Of a stretch of 64,000 nt of DNA, positions 1 through 9,345 are shown piece by piece (positions within the stretch are counted from its first letter, which is position 1; every line of letters begins with the position of its first letter). Under the pieces are notes generated by a model. That model worked only from the letters and a program-made list of their open reading frames with translations, was not told the DNA's origin and searched no databases. Source of the DNA: Candidatus Latescibacterota bacterium (GTDB taxonomy: Bacteria; Latescibacterota; UBA2968; UBA8231); the NCBI GenBank assembly GCA_965203175.1, contig OZ241867.1:6464001-6528000 (forward strand), in the 5' to 3' direction. The translations under genes were made by a program, and so were the position numbers.

Positions 1-262
1 CACCCACTCGCCGCGGCAGGATACTGCCCGGAAAATCCGCACTTTTAAACTCGATCAAATCGGCCGGTGCATAGCCTATTTCGGTGACATTGGGGTCGAG
101 AAAGGAGCGGTGCTCGGGCTGGATCGTCGAAATGTCCTCAGCCCCTTCGACCCGCCCGGTCCACGAGATTTGCCCGTCCTGTCCAATCAGCAGGACTTGT
201 CGGGCCGCTAGCGGCTGCACCAAGCACGCACTTAGAACCCCAATCAGCAACGCGGCTCTCAT
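1..262 (-). CDS. Secreted protein, N-terminal part only (runs off window edge)
   Basis: Not in the ORF track. ATG at 262 overlaps the TGA of the upstream gene (ATGA). Open frame MRAALLIGVLSACLVQPLAARQVLLIGQDG... with a signal peptide continues to base 1. Confidence 0.75.
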   Translation of the reverse strand, partial: MRAALLIGVLSACLVQPLAARQVLLIGQDGQISWTGRVEGAEDISTIQPEHRSFLDPNVTEIGYAPADLIEFKSADFPGSILPRRVG

Positions 263-1305
263 GGTATTTCTCCCGACAATTGTTTCAACAACACGTCCCG
301 CTCGGTCTGCACGCGCGCGGCGACTTTGGCGCGCTGCTCTTGGCGCTGGTACTGGGCAAACGCCTCCCGTGCGGCCTCTTCCTCGCCCAGCAGCCCGTAG
401 AGCTTGCTCAGAAAGAAATGCACCCGGTAGTCGTCCGGGGTAGCCTCAGCCAACTTAGCGACGCAAGTGAGGGCCTCTTGGTAGCGCCCCTGCCAGAACA
501 GCAGCTTGCCCAGCCCCCACAAATCGGCGCTTGAACCGGGTCTTTCCACTAGCGCGGCCTCGAGCTGCTCCTCCGCCTTTTGCATGGCTTCCTCCCCGAC
601 CAGCCCTTGTTCCCGCCACCAGCCCTCCGCCCTAGCGCTGCCCAGCTCGCCGCTGCGGTGGTCCAGCTCAATGAGGAGATCCGCCAGCCTCAAGGCCGCT
701 TGCCGCGCATAGGTCTTTTGCGCCAACAGTTCGACGTAGGCCGCAATCGCTGGTTCGGCCCGGCCTTCGGCCGCGTAAATGCGCGCTAGCTGGTACCGGG
801 CCCGGCTGCTGTCGGGGCGCAGCACCAGCAAGTCGCCGTAGGACTGGGCCGCACTCTGCAAGTCGCCGCTCAGGCTCTGCGCGTCGCCTAGACGACCGAG
901 CAACGCAGCGGGATCACCCCCTTGATCGAGCAAGGTCCGGTAGAGGCTAGCGGCGGCGACCGGTTGCCCCGAAGCTACATAGCGAGCCGCCAGCAACTCC
1001 TGCGCTCGGCTTTCTTCGGGCCAACGCTCTAACAGTTCGCGGTACGCGGCAATGGCCTTGTCGTGTTCGTCCTTTTCGCCGTAGAGCGCGCCGAGCGCGT
1101 AATAGGCAGCGGGAGAATCGACTCCTGCCGCGACCGCACTCCGGTACTCGCGCAGGGCGTTGGCCGTCATGCCCTGCTCTTGGTATGCGTGGCCCGCCCA
1201 GTAGTGCTGCTCCCCTTTTGATCTACTATCGCACGCATGGAGTCCAATAGTGAGCGCGACCAGGACCACCCACGGTCGCCGGACCAATGTGGCTAGCTGG
1301 CGCAT
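259..1305 (-). CDS. TPR-repeat lipoprotein
   Basis: Hydrophobic leader with lipobox LHAC; several TPR-like helical repeats (AYYALGALY, ARYQLARIY, VHFFLSKLY); abuts the upstream stop. Confidence 0.85.
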   Translation of the reverse strand: MRQLATLVRRPWVVLVALTIGLHACDSRSKGEQHYWAGHAYQEQGMTANALREYRSAVAAGVDSPAAYYALGALYGEKDEHDKAIAAYRELLERWPEESRAQELLAARYVASGQPVAAASLYRTLLDQGGDPAALLGRLGDAQSLSGDLQSAAQSYGDLLVLRPDSSRARYQLARIYAAEGRAEPAIAAYVELLAQKTYARQAALRLADLLIELDHRSGELGSARAEGWWREQGLVGEEAMQKAEEQLEAALVERPGSSADLWGLGKLLFWQGRYQEALTCVAKLAEATPDDYRVHFFLSKLYGLLGEEEAAREAFAQYQRQEQRAKVAARVQTERDVLLKQLSGEIP

Positions 1306-3969
1306 CTAGTTCAGCCCTGCGTAAATCGTCACAAAGGATTCGTTGGTCGTCCGCGCCTTCTGCCCGGTGAACTGCTTGCGCTCCACCTTCATGCCGGTCA
1401 GGGCGCGGAGCTTGTAGCCGAGGTAGTTGGATTCATTGCTGAATTGAACGGCTACGGTCACCGCGTCGAAGTCGTTGGCGTCGGCGTCTAAGTCGTTGAA
1501 GATCGCGTACTCCACCCCGGCCTGGAGCTTGGTCACCTGCAAGACCTGCGTCTCCACCAAGCCCGAAAACAGCTCCATCAGGCTGGTGTGGCTGTTGAGC
1601 GACAGCAAGCTGCGGCTCTGCTTGCGGAACTCGCTCTTCCAGCGCGGCTCCAGCGACCACGCCCCGAGCTGTAAGCGATAGCTCGCTTTGTTGATCAGGC
1701 CGAAAAAGAAATCAGAAGGCGCCAGGCCGTATTTCTCCCGCTGGGCCTTTTCCATTTGCTGGTGAAAGTGGAGCCAGTGCATCTTGGTGGTCAGAAAGAG
1801 TGCCGCCACCTGTAGATTGTGGCCGACAAAGAGCTGGTTGGCCCAAGTGTCGCGCGCCAACAGCGGGTCCTCGACCTTGGTCAACTCGCCGCCGCGCAGT
1901 GTATTGTCCGGTGCCCACTGCAACAACGGGTTGGGAATGTCGTCTTTGACCAACTTACTCATCTCAAAGACTCGGAAGCGGCCCAGCCGCGGCGCATCGC
2001 GTTCATAGGTGAACATCAGGTAGTTGCTCTCGTTTTTGCGCGCCGAGGAAATCAGCCCCTCGCGCAGCGCACCCACCACCAAGCGCGCCCGCGGCGTGAT
2101 GTCGGCCCCGAGGTGGATGTTGAATCCCCGGTGATCCCGGCGATACGGATAATCCGGCTCCTCGTCGTTTTCGTATTGATCGACCCAAAAATTGTTGTTC
2201 ATATCGACGCCAAAGAGAAACTCGGGCCGATCGACGTAAAACCGCAGAAACGCCTCCTCATAGTCCGGCTCGGTATTCGAGCGCACAAACGTGTCATTTT
2301 GGTTGAAGTCGGGCACGAAGTCGTTGTTCTGATCCCAGCCCGGAAAAACCTGTTGATCGCCGCTGAGAAAGTCGAAGCGCACGTTGTCCGGGAATTTGTC
2401 CTGATCGTCGTTGTCATCGACCAAATCGACCAAGCCGCGCTCGTTGTCGTAGTCGAAGTCCCCAGTGCCCGAGGTGATAAAGGTCTGAGTATTGTAGCGC
2501 GGATCCATGCTGTAAAACTCGCCAAAGGCAAAGTAGGGAGCGGCCTTCTTGGACACGTTGACCATCCAAGCGGGAGCCGAGCGCCGGCCGCCGATCCCCG
2601 AGAATGCCTCGTGGGTTTCCGTGAGCACGTTGGGGTACTTCCGATAGCTCCAACTCAGGTCGTACTCACCGTACAAGTCGAAGCCCTGTAGGTCTTGCAA
2701 CTCGACGCTGCCGCCAAAGATGTGGGTCGCCGTCGGCAGGCCGTACTCAAAGCGAATGGTCTGCAAGTTGGTGATGTCCTGGACATTGCCCTCGGCCTGC
2801 GCGACGAGCAGCAAAACCTCCTGGCCGTCGAGGTTGATCTGGCGGTCCGAGGTCATCCAGACCTGATAGTCGTTGCCCAGCGTCAGCAGGAATTCGACCT
2901 TGGCGATTTCGTCCTTGGCAAAACGGGCGCGATCGACAAAATCCGGGCTGTCGAAATCGTACACGAGCCGCATCTCCTCCGGCCCGTTGGCGGCGACAAA
3001 GCCCTGCTGCAAGAAGCCACCCTCGATGATCGGCTCAAAGCCAATGGCCTTGCCTGATTCCTCCGAGCCGTCGCGATAGGTGATCTGCACGTCCGACGCA
3101 TCGGGAAAAAACGCCGCGCCGCCCACGCCGTCTTCGGGCGAGTCGTCGCGCAACACGAGCTTGACGAGCGAGATGGTTTTGTTCTGCCCGATGGTCAGCG
3201 AGCCAGCGAATGGGTTGCCGGCCTGCTTGTCGAGCAAGGTGTGCGACTGGTGGGCGTTGGCCGTGTGCAGCGCGACTTCGGCAAAGTCGCCAATCTGAGC
3301 TCCCAACCGTCCACCTGCCAAGATGGTGTTGTTCGTCCGCAGCACCTCGCGGTCCCCAGTCGAGCCGCCGCCGGGGTTGCTCAGCCGCGAAAACAAAAAG
3401 GTCGCTTCGTAGCGGTCGGTAGCCAGATCGAACTGCACGCCGTCCATGCGGGCCTTGGCAAACACCATCGGCGACAGCACCGAGCGCAGGCGGCTGCTCG
3501 CCGTCAAGGTGTAGAAGTACTGGCCCTTGTTGTCTTGCGCCACCACGACTTCGGAAAACCAGCTTTGGAAGCGGGAGGACTTAAACAGCACGTTGCCAAA
3601 CTGCTGGGGCTTGCTTTGCGAGTTGTTGAAAATCAGCCAGCCGCGCGTGAGGAAATTGCCGTACAGATCGTAGAAGTAATCGCCCTCCAAGGTCGTTTCC
3701 ACGTAGCGCTCATAAGGGTTGCGCGCATAGTTGGTGTATTCCCACTGCCGCCAATGGTACTCGCTGTACAGCTCCTGCGGCACGTACCAGCGGCGCACGG
3801 CCGGGTCGAGCGCGTTCAGGGCCACTCCGGGGCCTTGGGGCGCGAGGCTAGTCTGATCGCCGAGCTGTAAGCCCAAGCGCGTTCCGTACTGGCCTTGAGC
3901 GACAGCCGGCGCATCGACCGCGCTCCACAACATTAGGAGACCGCAATAAATACCGGTCTTTGGTCTCAA
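1306..3969 (-). CDS. Large secreted acidic protein, putative outer-membrane beta-barrel family (paralog A)
   Basis: Start moved to TTG 3969 (GGAGGT Shine-Dalgarno just upstream, then a signal peptide). Motifs DDSPED, GNVQD, VDDNDD, FPGxD, PDYxExFL and PDYPY are shared with the genes at 47322-55563. C-terminal third has alternating beta-strand-like residues. Confidence 0.75.
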   Translation of the reverse strand: MRPKTGIYCGLLMLWSAVDAPAVAQGQYGTRLGLQLGDQTSLAPQGPGVALNALDPAVRRWYVPQELYSEYHWRQWEYTNYARNPYERYVETTLEGDYFYDLYGNFLTRGWLIFNNSQSKPQQFGNVLFKSSRFQSWFSEVVVAQDNKGQYFYTLTASSRLRSVLSPMVFAKARMDGVQFDLATDRYEATFLFSRLSNPGGGSTGDREVLRTNNTILAGGRLGAQIGDFAEVALHTANAHQSHTLLDKQAGNPFAGSLTIGQNKTISLVKLVLRDDSPEDGVGGAAFFPDASDVQITYRDGSEESGKAIGFEPIIEGGFLQQGFVAANGPEEMRLVYDFDSPDFVDRARFAKDEIAKVEFLLTLGNDYQVWMTSDRQINLDGQEVLLLVAQAEGNVQDITNLQTIRFEYGLPTATHIFGGSVELQDLQGFDLYGEYDLSWSYRKYPNVLTETHEAFSGIGGRRSAPAWMVNVSKKAAPYFAFGEFYSMDPRYNTQTFITSGTGDFDYDNERGLVDLVDDNDDQDKFPDNVRFDFLSGDQQVFPGWDQNNDFVPDFNQNDTFVRSNTEPDYEEAFLRFYVDRPEFLFGVDMNNNFWVDQYENDEEPDYPYRRDHRGFNIHLGADITPRARLVVGALREGLISSARKNESNYLMFTYERDAPRLGRFRVFEMSKLVKDDIPNPLLQWAPDNTLRGGELTKVEDPLLARDTWANQLFVGHNLQVAALFLTTKMHWLHFHQQMEKAQREKYGLAPSDFFFGLINKASYRLQLGAWSLEPRWKSEFRKQSRSLLSLNSHTSLMELFSGLVETQVLQVTKLQAGVEYAIFNDLDADANDFDAVTVAVQFSNESNYLGYKLRALTGMKVERKQFTGQKARTTNESFVTIYAGLN

Positions 3970-4036
3970 GATAACCTCCCTTTGCAATGCCTTAGAGTCC
4001 CTACCCAACCGTTCGGCGTCGGCCCAAGCGCGTGCG

Positions 4037-4086
4037 AGCAAGGCCGTGGCCAAGGCACCCGACGAAGGCATATTAAACAATATGCC
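4037..4086 (-). promoter_or_regulatory. Possible sigma54 -24/-12 site and adjacent 8-bp palindrome
   Basis: Minus strand TGGC-N7-TTGCT at 4052-4037; perfect inverted repeat GGCATATT-N4-AATATGCC at 4067-4086, in the intergenic gap. Confidence 0.4.
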
Positions 4087-4155
4087 GACCGAGGGTAACG
4101 CCGGCCACGGTCGGCGCAGCCGCGCGACGCCAGCAGAGCGGTTGGGTAGGGACTC

Positions 4156-7100
4156 TTAATATGCAACGGCTATGAGGTGGGTGCGGGTCGTCCCTCCGAC
4201 TCCTTCTGCATCCGCCTCTACTGTGATCTGACATAAGTACAACCCCGGCGGCACCACCTGCCCGGCCTCGTCCTTCCCATCCCACCTAAACTGCTGCGGC
4301 CCGCCGGTCACTAATCCCGTTAGCTGCCGCACCTGTCGTCCAGCCAGCGTGTACAGGTGGATGATCAACGGCCGCGCAGCCTGCACGCGGAACAGGGAAA
4401 AACCGATCTCCGCAGTCTCGTTGATCCCGTCGCCATTGGGGGTAAACGGATTGGGCGCGATGGCAATATCGTCGATGGTGGCCTGCGCCCCCTGCGCGCC
4501 AATCGACAGGCTCTTAGAAGGGCTCAGGGCGGTCGCGTCGCCCCCGTCGGCCACCTGCCAAGGCGTCGCGGGCTGGCTCTGCCGCACGGCGACCTGCATC
4601 CGCGTCCCTTGCAGGTACACCCGCCCTGCAAAGCGCACGCGCAACAGCCGGCCGCGGCCCACTATCCAACCCCGCTGACTGCCCAGCCGACCATAGGTCC
4701 GCTCGTCGAGGCTGTCGCCAGCCGCGTCAAAGGGCACCTGATCGCCTAACCCGACCACCTTGCGGAAGTAGCGCACCGGCCCCTGTTCGTCCGCGCTGAG
4801 TGCTTCGTAGTTCGCGGCGTCCACTTCGGCCAAACTACCGTCTGCCCCCCGCTGAAAGTAGCGCACTGCGCCCTGCTCGGCATCCGGCAAGAGGCTGTGC
4901 GAGGTAAAGGTCAACAGATTGCGATCCAATCCGGTGGGCACCTCGTCGCCGGGAAGGACCGACCGGTAGTACACGGGCGTGAGCACATCGTCCGGCGCCC
5001 CCTGCACAATCTGCGGGAATTCCAACCACAGCGAGTCGCCCTCGGAGTGTACCCTCAGCTCGTCGTCCCACTGGAGCGGCGCTCCGGCCAACAACTCGGC
5101 CTCGGAACCCATAGCCGCATCGACGAACTTCAGCGCAAACGACGGCTCCGCGTGCAAGAGCAATTGGTCGAAGCCCGGGCTGCGCACATTGGCCGGCTGC
5201 TGCAAAAAGTTGGGCTGTACGTAGAGCGCAAAGGTGTCGAGTACCCCGGCCTCAGCAGTAGTCGGCCACACCTCGGCCCGCAGGTGCTGAGCCACCGGCT
5301 GGTGGAACGCGACCGCAATGCGGTGCAGGGCCGCCGCGTTTTCACCGCTGCTTTTGAGGCGCGCTTGGATCTGCATGAAGCGCCGCAAGCCCGGCGAAGT
5401 AGCTAAGTCCCCGGGCTGCAAATAGCGCTGGCTCCACGGACTCCAACCCGGCCCCACCACCACGGTCGTGTCCGAAGGCCCCTTCAGAAAGCCGGCCAGC
5501 GTCCTGTACTCGTCCGCGGTCTTCTGGTTGCCAGTTTTGTCGAAATAGCGGATTTGCTGCAAAAGCTGGTCGCCGGTGCGGGTGCGGATCTCCACATCCG
5601 TGCCCTGGGGCGTGTTCGCCTCCCAGTGCACCTCACCCAAGCCCACCAACCCCGGCAGCTCGATCAGATCCGACTCCAGCACCACCTCGGCCGGTGCCCC
5701 CTCGGCGAGCAGCATGAACTCGTGATGATACGACCAGAACTGATTCATGTGGCCGGTGCCGCCCGGGCCGGTGGCCCTAAATCCTGGGGGTACGTGACCG
5801 AGGGTGACCAAGTCGAGGAAGCGAGTCAAAACTGGCGGGTTTTGAATGTCGGCGATATCGCGAAAGTTGCCGGTGAACACATTGCGCTCGCGTTCCTCCG
5901 GGTTGATGCGCTGCCACTTGAGATTGCCTTGAGCGTCGCGCTCGCCCGTGGAGGCGCGCATGATGTAGCCCCGGCTGCTGCCCACTAAGCGGGTCTGAGC
6001 CAAGCGCACAATGCCTCCCATATCTATGGTCAGCACGTTGGCGGTGGGGTTTTTCGGGTTGCGGATTTGGTGTGAGAATCCAGTGCCGGCGTCGCCGTCG
6101 AACGCAAGCAGCGTATTGGTCCCATCGGTCGTCAGCACGTACGAGCCGCCGTTTTCAATCAGGTTGATGCCCAAGTTGTCGCCCCAGCCGTGCGCTTTGA
6201 CTTCAGCTAGGCGCGGCAACTCGCGGCGGTAGTAATCCCGTCGCCCCTGGCGCTGCTCTTCTAGAGCCTGATAGGTGGCTTCGTCCACCGGCTCTTCGCG
6301 GCCGGCCACGTCGCGCGCGAAATAGACGATATCCCCGCGCTCTGCTTCCGGCAGTGCTTCCCACGCCTCTTGATCTATCTGTCCGGCCCGCCCGCCGCGC
6401 GTATCCGTGATGACGATGCGGATCGTCTCGATCTTGCGCCCAGTCCACTCGGGCGAGCGGTGCAAGCTCTCCGCGAGCTTCTTGTCGCTGACCACGCCAG
6501 TGGCCGGGGGCAGTTCGGGGCTGGTGTGCTCGCTTTCAAAGATGTATTCGCGCTGCGTGGTATTGGGCGCGTCTTGCGGGATGAAGAGCTGGAAGCCAAT
6601 GCGGCTGTTCGGCTCGTGCAGCAGCGCACTCTGCCGGTCCGACAGCAGCATGATGAAGCGCAGGAAGGGATCTCCGAGTGCCTCATCGACAAACTGGAAC
6701 TTGAGCCGCTCCACCGGCACCACTCTTCCCAAGTCCACCTCGATCCACCACTGCTCGATGGGATCGCGCGGGTCCGGCTCCCAGAACGTGGTCGGATCGC
6801 CGTCGAGAATATTGGCCGCGAGCCGCGGATTGGACCCCACTCGGCTGATACCCGGCCGCACCCAATAGTCAAAGACCAGCTCGTTGAGCGTATTCCGTAT
6901 CGGCTCGCCAAACACGTCGAACTGCATGGTGCTGTCGATGGTGCCGATGCGCGGCTCGGGCTTGCTGATGACGATCGGACGCTTGAATCCGGGATCATCT
7001 AGGACGTTGAAGACCGTCCGCAGCGAATGCGCCCGCACCGAACCGTCCTCGTGGATGCGCGCCAGATGAGTGGGAATGGACCACTGCTGCCAGTGGCTGG

Positions 7101-7212
7101 CCCGCTCAACTACGACTTCGTCACCGGCGATCTGATAGCCCGACTGGGCCTCGGCCAATACCCAACTCAGCGCTAGGCCGACGAGGATCTGCACGGCGAA
7201 GTGGCTCTTCAT
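4156..7212 (-). CDS. Large secreted protein with discoidin-like domain(s) and C-terminal FlgD-Ig/CHU_C-like domain
   Basis: Signal peptide; ILDGDPTTFW...WWIEVDLG discoidin-like motif; C-terminal NPFTPNGDGIN...WDGKDEAGQVVPPGLY...IAVAY. Confidence 0.8.
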   Translation of the reverse strand: MKSHFAVQILVGLALSWVLAEAQSGYQIAGDEVVVERASHWQQWSIPTHLARIHEDGSVRAHSLRTVFNVLDDPGFKRPIVISKPEPRIGTIDSTMQFDVFGEPIRNTLNELVFDYWVRPGISRVGSNPRLAANILDGDPTTFWEPDPRDPIEQWWIEVDLGRVVPVERLKFQFVDEALGDPFLRFIMLLSDRQSALLHEPNSRIGFQLFIPQDAPNTTQREYIFESEHTSPELPPATGVVSDKKLAESLHRSPEWTGRKIETIRIVITDTRGGRAGQIDQEAWEALPEAERGDIVYFARDVAGREEPVDEATYQALEEQRQGRRDYYRRELPRLAEVKAHGWGDNLGINLIENGGSYVLTTDGTNTLLAFDGDAGTGFSHQIRNPKNPTANVLTIDMGGIVRLAQTRLVGSSRGYIMRASTGERDAQGNLKWQRINPEERERNVFTGNFRDIADIQNPPVLTRFLDLVTLGHVPPGFRATGPGGTGHMNQFWSYHHEFMLLAEGAPAEVVLESDLIELPGLVGLGEVHWEANTPQGTDVEIRTRTGDQLLQQIRYFDKTGNQKTADEYRTLAGFLKGPSDTTVVVGPGWSPWSQRYLQPGDLATSPGLRRFMQIQARLKSSGENAAALHRIAVAFHQPVAQHLRAEVWPTTAEAGVLDTFALYVQPNFLQQPANVRSPGFDQLLLHAEPSFALKFVDAAMGSEAELLAGAPLQWDDELRVHSEGDSLWLEFPQIVQGAPDDVLTPVYYRSVLPGDEVPTGLDRNLLTFTSHSLLPDAEQGAVRYFQRGADGSLAEVDAANYEALSADEQGPVRYFRKVVGLGDQVPFDAAGDSLDERTYGRLGSQRGWIVGRGRLLRVRFAGRVYLQGTRMQVAVRQSQPATPWQVADGGDATALSPSKSLSIGAQGAQATIDDIAIAPNPFTPNGDGINETAEIGFSLFRVQAARPLIIHLYTLAGRQVRQLTGLVTGGPQQFRWDGKDEAGQVVPPGLYLCQITVEADAEGVGGTTRTHLIAVAY

Positions 7213-7276
7213 AGTTCCACTTTCTCCCTCACTCGCCAGCGGCCCGCCCTTGCCGCGGCGCTTGCTGAAAAACTAT

Positions 7277-7305
7277 TAGGTATGGTTAAAACTCAGGGCT
7301 GTCAA
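7277..7305 (-). promoter_or_regulatory. Possible sigma70 promoter for the 7212 operon
   Basis: TTGACA (7305-7300), 17-nt spacer, weak -10 TACCTA. Confidence 0.35.
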
Positions 7306-7313
7306 GATAGCCG

Positions 7314-8948
7314 CTACCAATCCACCAAGACGGCGACTTGGTCTTTGTACTTATCCTGCAACTGGCGGATAAACGCGCCAATCCGCTCGTTTTCTCGCTG
7401 GCGGCGCAAGCTCGCAGCCGCCCGGCGGCGCGCCTCGGCAAAGGGCTGGATCTGGCCACCCTCCCGCCGCAGCACCCGGAACACCGCGTACCCGTCCATG
7501 CTCTCTAGCGGGCCGACGAGCGCGCCGATCTCAGCGGCAAAGGCCGCTTTTACCAGCTCGGGATAGCGCGGCTCGTACAGGCGCACTAGGCGCATCTCCC
7601 AGCCGTGCTCGCGCACCCCGTGCCCCTCGACGCCAGCGTGCGAGCGCACGCCGGGCCGGTCGAGCAGGTCGGCAATGGGCGCGCCAGCCTCCCACTCGGC
7701 GCGCAAAGCCGCAGCGTCCTCTTCCTCCGCGGTCCACAGCTCGTGGACGATCACGGCCTCTTGGGTGCGGTAGCGGTCCTTGTGAGCCTCGTAATGCGCT
7801 CTGATCTCGTCCTCGCTGGGCGCGGCCCCGGCCGTGGCCTGTTGGAAGAGCTGATTGAGAATCAGTGCTCGGCGCTGGTGCTCGCGCCACTCCTCAAAGG
7901 CCGCTTCCTTGATCCAGCCGCGCTTGCGCGCCTCGGCCTCGAAGAGCCGCACCGGCAGCAGCAAGCGCCCAATCCGCTCGGCGGCCTGGGCCTTGTCCTG
8001 CAATACGCCCTGTGCTCCAACCGCCTGCAGGCTGCCCAAACCCTCGGCCACGCTGATTGTGCCGCCTTCGTACGCGTAGAAGGGGTGATTCAACTCGTCC
8101 GTCGTCAGGGGCCGGTCCAAACTCTGGAGCAAGATGGCCTCGCCTGCTGGATCTAAGCGCGCGTCGTAGCGAAAGCGGAGGCGTTCGAATTCCTCTTCCT
8201 CCTTCTCCCGCGTCCGTTCCTTGCGCAGCCGCTCGGCCACTTCCTCGCTGTAGTTGGCGAGCGAGGCCGGGCGATCCTCGACAAAGCGGAAGATTTGATA
8301 GCCACCGGCTAACCCGACCGGCTCAGCTATCTCCCCAACGGGTAAACCCACAAAGACGGCGGGCGAGATGGAGAACCGCCGCGCAGCTTGCGTGCGTCCG
8401 ATCCAGCCGACCAGGCCGTCGCCCTGTGCGGCGAAGAGGTCGTTGGCGGCAAAGCGCGCGGCCACTTCCTCAAAGGGCTGGCCTTCGCGCAGGTCGCTCC
8501 CGACTGCCTCTAGCTCCTCCCGGGTGCGCACCAAGATGCGACTGAAGAGCCGCTCGCGGTCAAACCCCATCTCTGCGAAGGCGCGCTCGACATCTGCGGC
8601 TGTGATCTCCACCTGCGGCACAATAACTTGGGCGCGGTAGCGCTCCACGAGGCGCTGCCGCACCATTTCGCGGAGCTGGTGCTCAACCGCCAAGCTGGTG
8701 TCGATCCCAAGCGAGCGCGCCTCGGCGAACATCAGTTCCTCGTCGATCATCGACTGCAAGTGCTCCCGGTCGGCTTCGCGCCCTTCCTTGGGACTGCGCA
8801 ACCCCGGTGGCAGACGCTCGACAAAAGCCGCAAACTCCGCCTGCTCAATCTCCACCTCGCCGACCCGAGCGACGATGGTCTCGTCCTCGCCGCACCCCAT
8901 TAACAACAGGGCCAGCACACCGCAAAACTTACTCGATAAATAGCGCAT
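7314..8948 (-). CDS. Parvulin-type peptidyl-prolyl isomerase / PrsA-SurA-like lipoprotein
   Basis: Lipobox LMGC; IVARVGEVEI and LQSMIDEELMFAEARSLGID SurA-N-like segment; two parvulin-like segments (FEEVAARF...GEIAEPV...GYQIF; GALVGPLESMDGYAVFRV). Confidence 0.85.
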   Translation of the reverse strand: MRYLSSKFCGVLALLLMGCGEDETIVARVGEVEIEQAEFAAFVERLPPGLRSPKEGREADREHLQSMIDEELMFAEARSLGIDTSLAVEHQLREMVRQRLVERYRAQVIVPQVEITAADVERAFAEMGFDRERLFSRILVRTREELEAVGSDLREGQPFEEVAARFAANDLFAAQGDGLVGWIGRTQAARRFSISPAVFVGLPVGEIAEPVGLAGGYQIFRFVEDRPASLANYSEEVAERLRKERTREKEEEEFERLRFRYDARLDPAGEAILLQSLDRPLTTDELNHPFYAYEGGTISVAEGLGSLQAVGAQGVLQDKAQAAERIGRLLLPVRLFEAEARKRGWIKEAAFEEWREHQRRALILNQLFQQATAGAAPSEDEIRAHYEAHKDRYRTQEAVIVHELWTAEEEDAAALRAEWEAGAPIADLLDRPGVRSHAGVEGHGVREHGWEMRLVRLYEPRYPELVKAAFAAEIGALVGPLESMDGYAVFRVLRREGGQIQPFAEARRRAAASLRRQRENERIGAFIRQLQDKYKDQVAVLVDW

Positions 8949-9279
8949 TGACTGCCATCTCTAGGTCTGCATTCGTGCGTTCAATAGCTCCCCCGTTTTC
9001 GGCCTCGGCCTCCGAGACCGAGGCCCAGCGATCTAAGCAGAGAAAATGCCCCATGGACTGCGGCCCTTCCCCCGCTCTTTCGCGGCCCCATGAAAGCGGG
9101 TTGACACCCTGGTCCCGCAAGTGGAAATCCGCAATTGAGCCACCCAGCAAATCGACGACGACTCGGGCCGCCTCGCCGTCGAGCACTAGGGCTGGCTGGC
9201 CTTTGACCTCGGCCTCTGCTCGGGCTACATTCGCGCTGTACAGTGCTGCCATAAGCAAAAATATCCTCACCATCGCCAT
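8929..9279 (-). pseudogene. Short secreted ORF resembling a truncated galactose-mutarotase/aldose-epimerase-like N-terminus
   Basis: ATG 9279 with GAGGG upstream; signal peptide; VDLLGGSIADF...NPLSW...GHFLCLDRW; ends after ~116 aa inside the PPIase start. Confidence 0.45.
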
Positions 9280-9345
9280 ATAAGTCGTCCCTCTATTATT
9301 CGGATGTTGCGCACCTTTTGCAAGCGCCCACATGATCGAGAAAGT

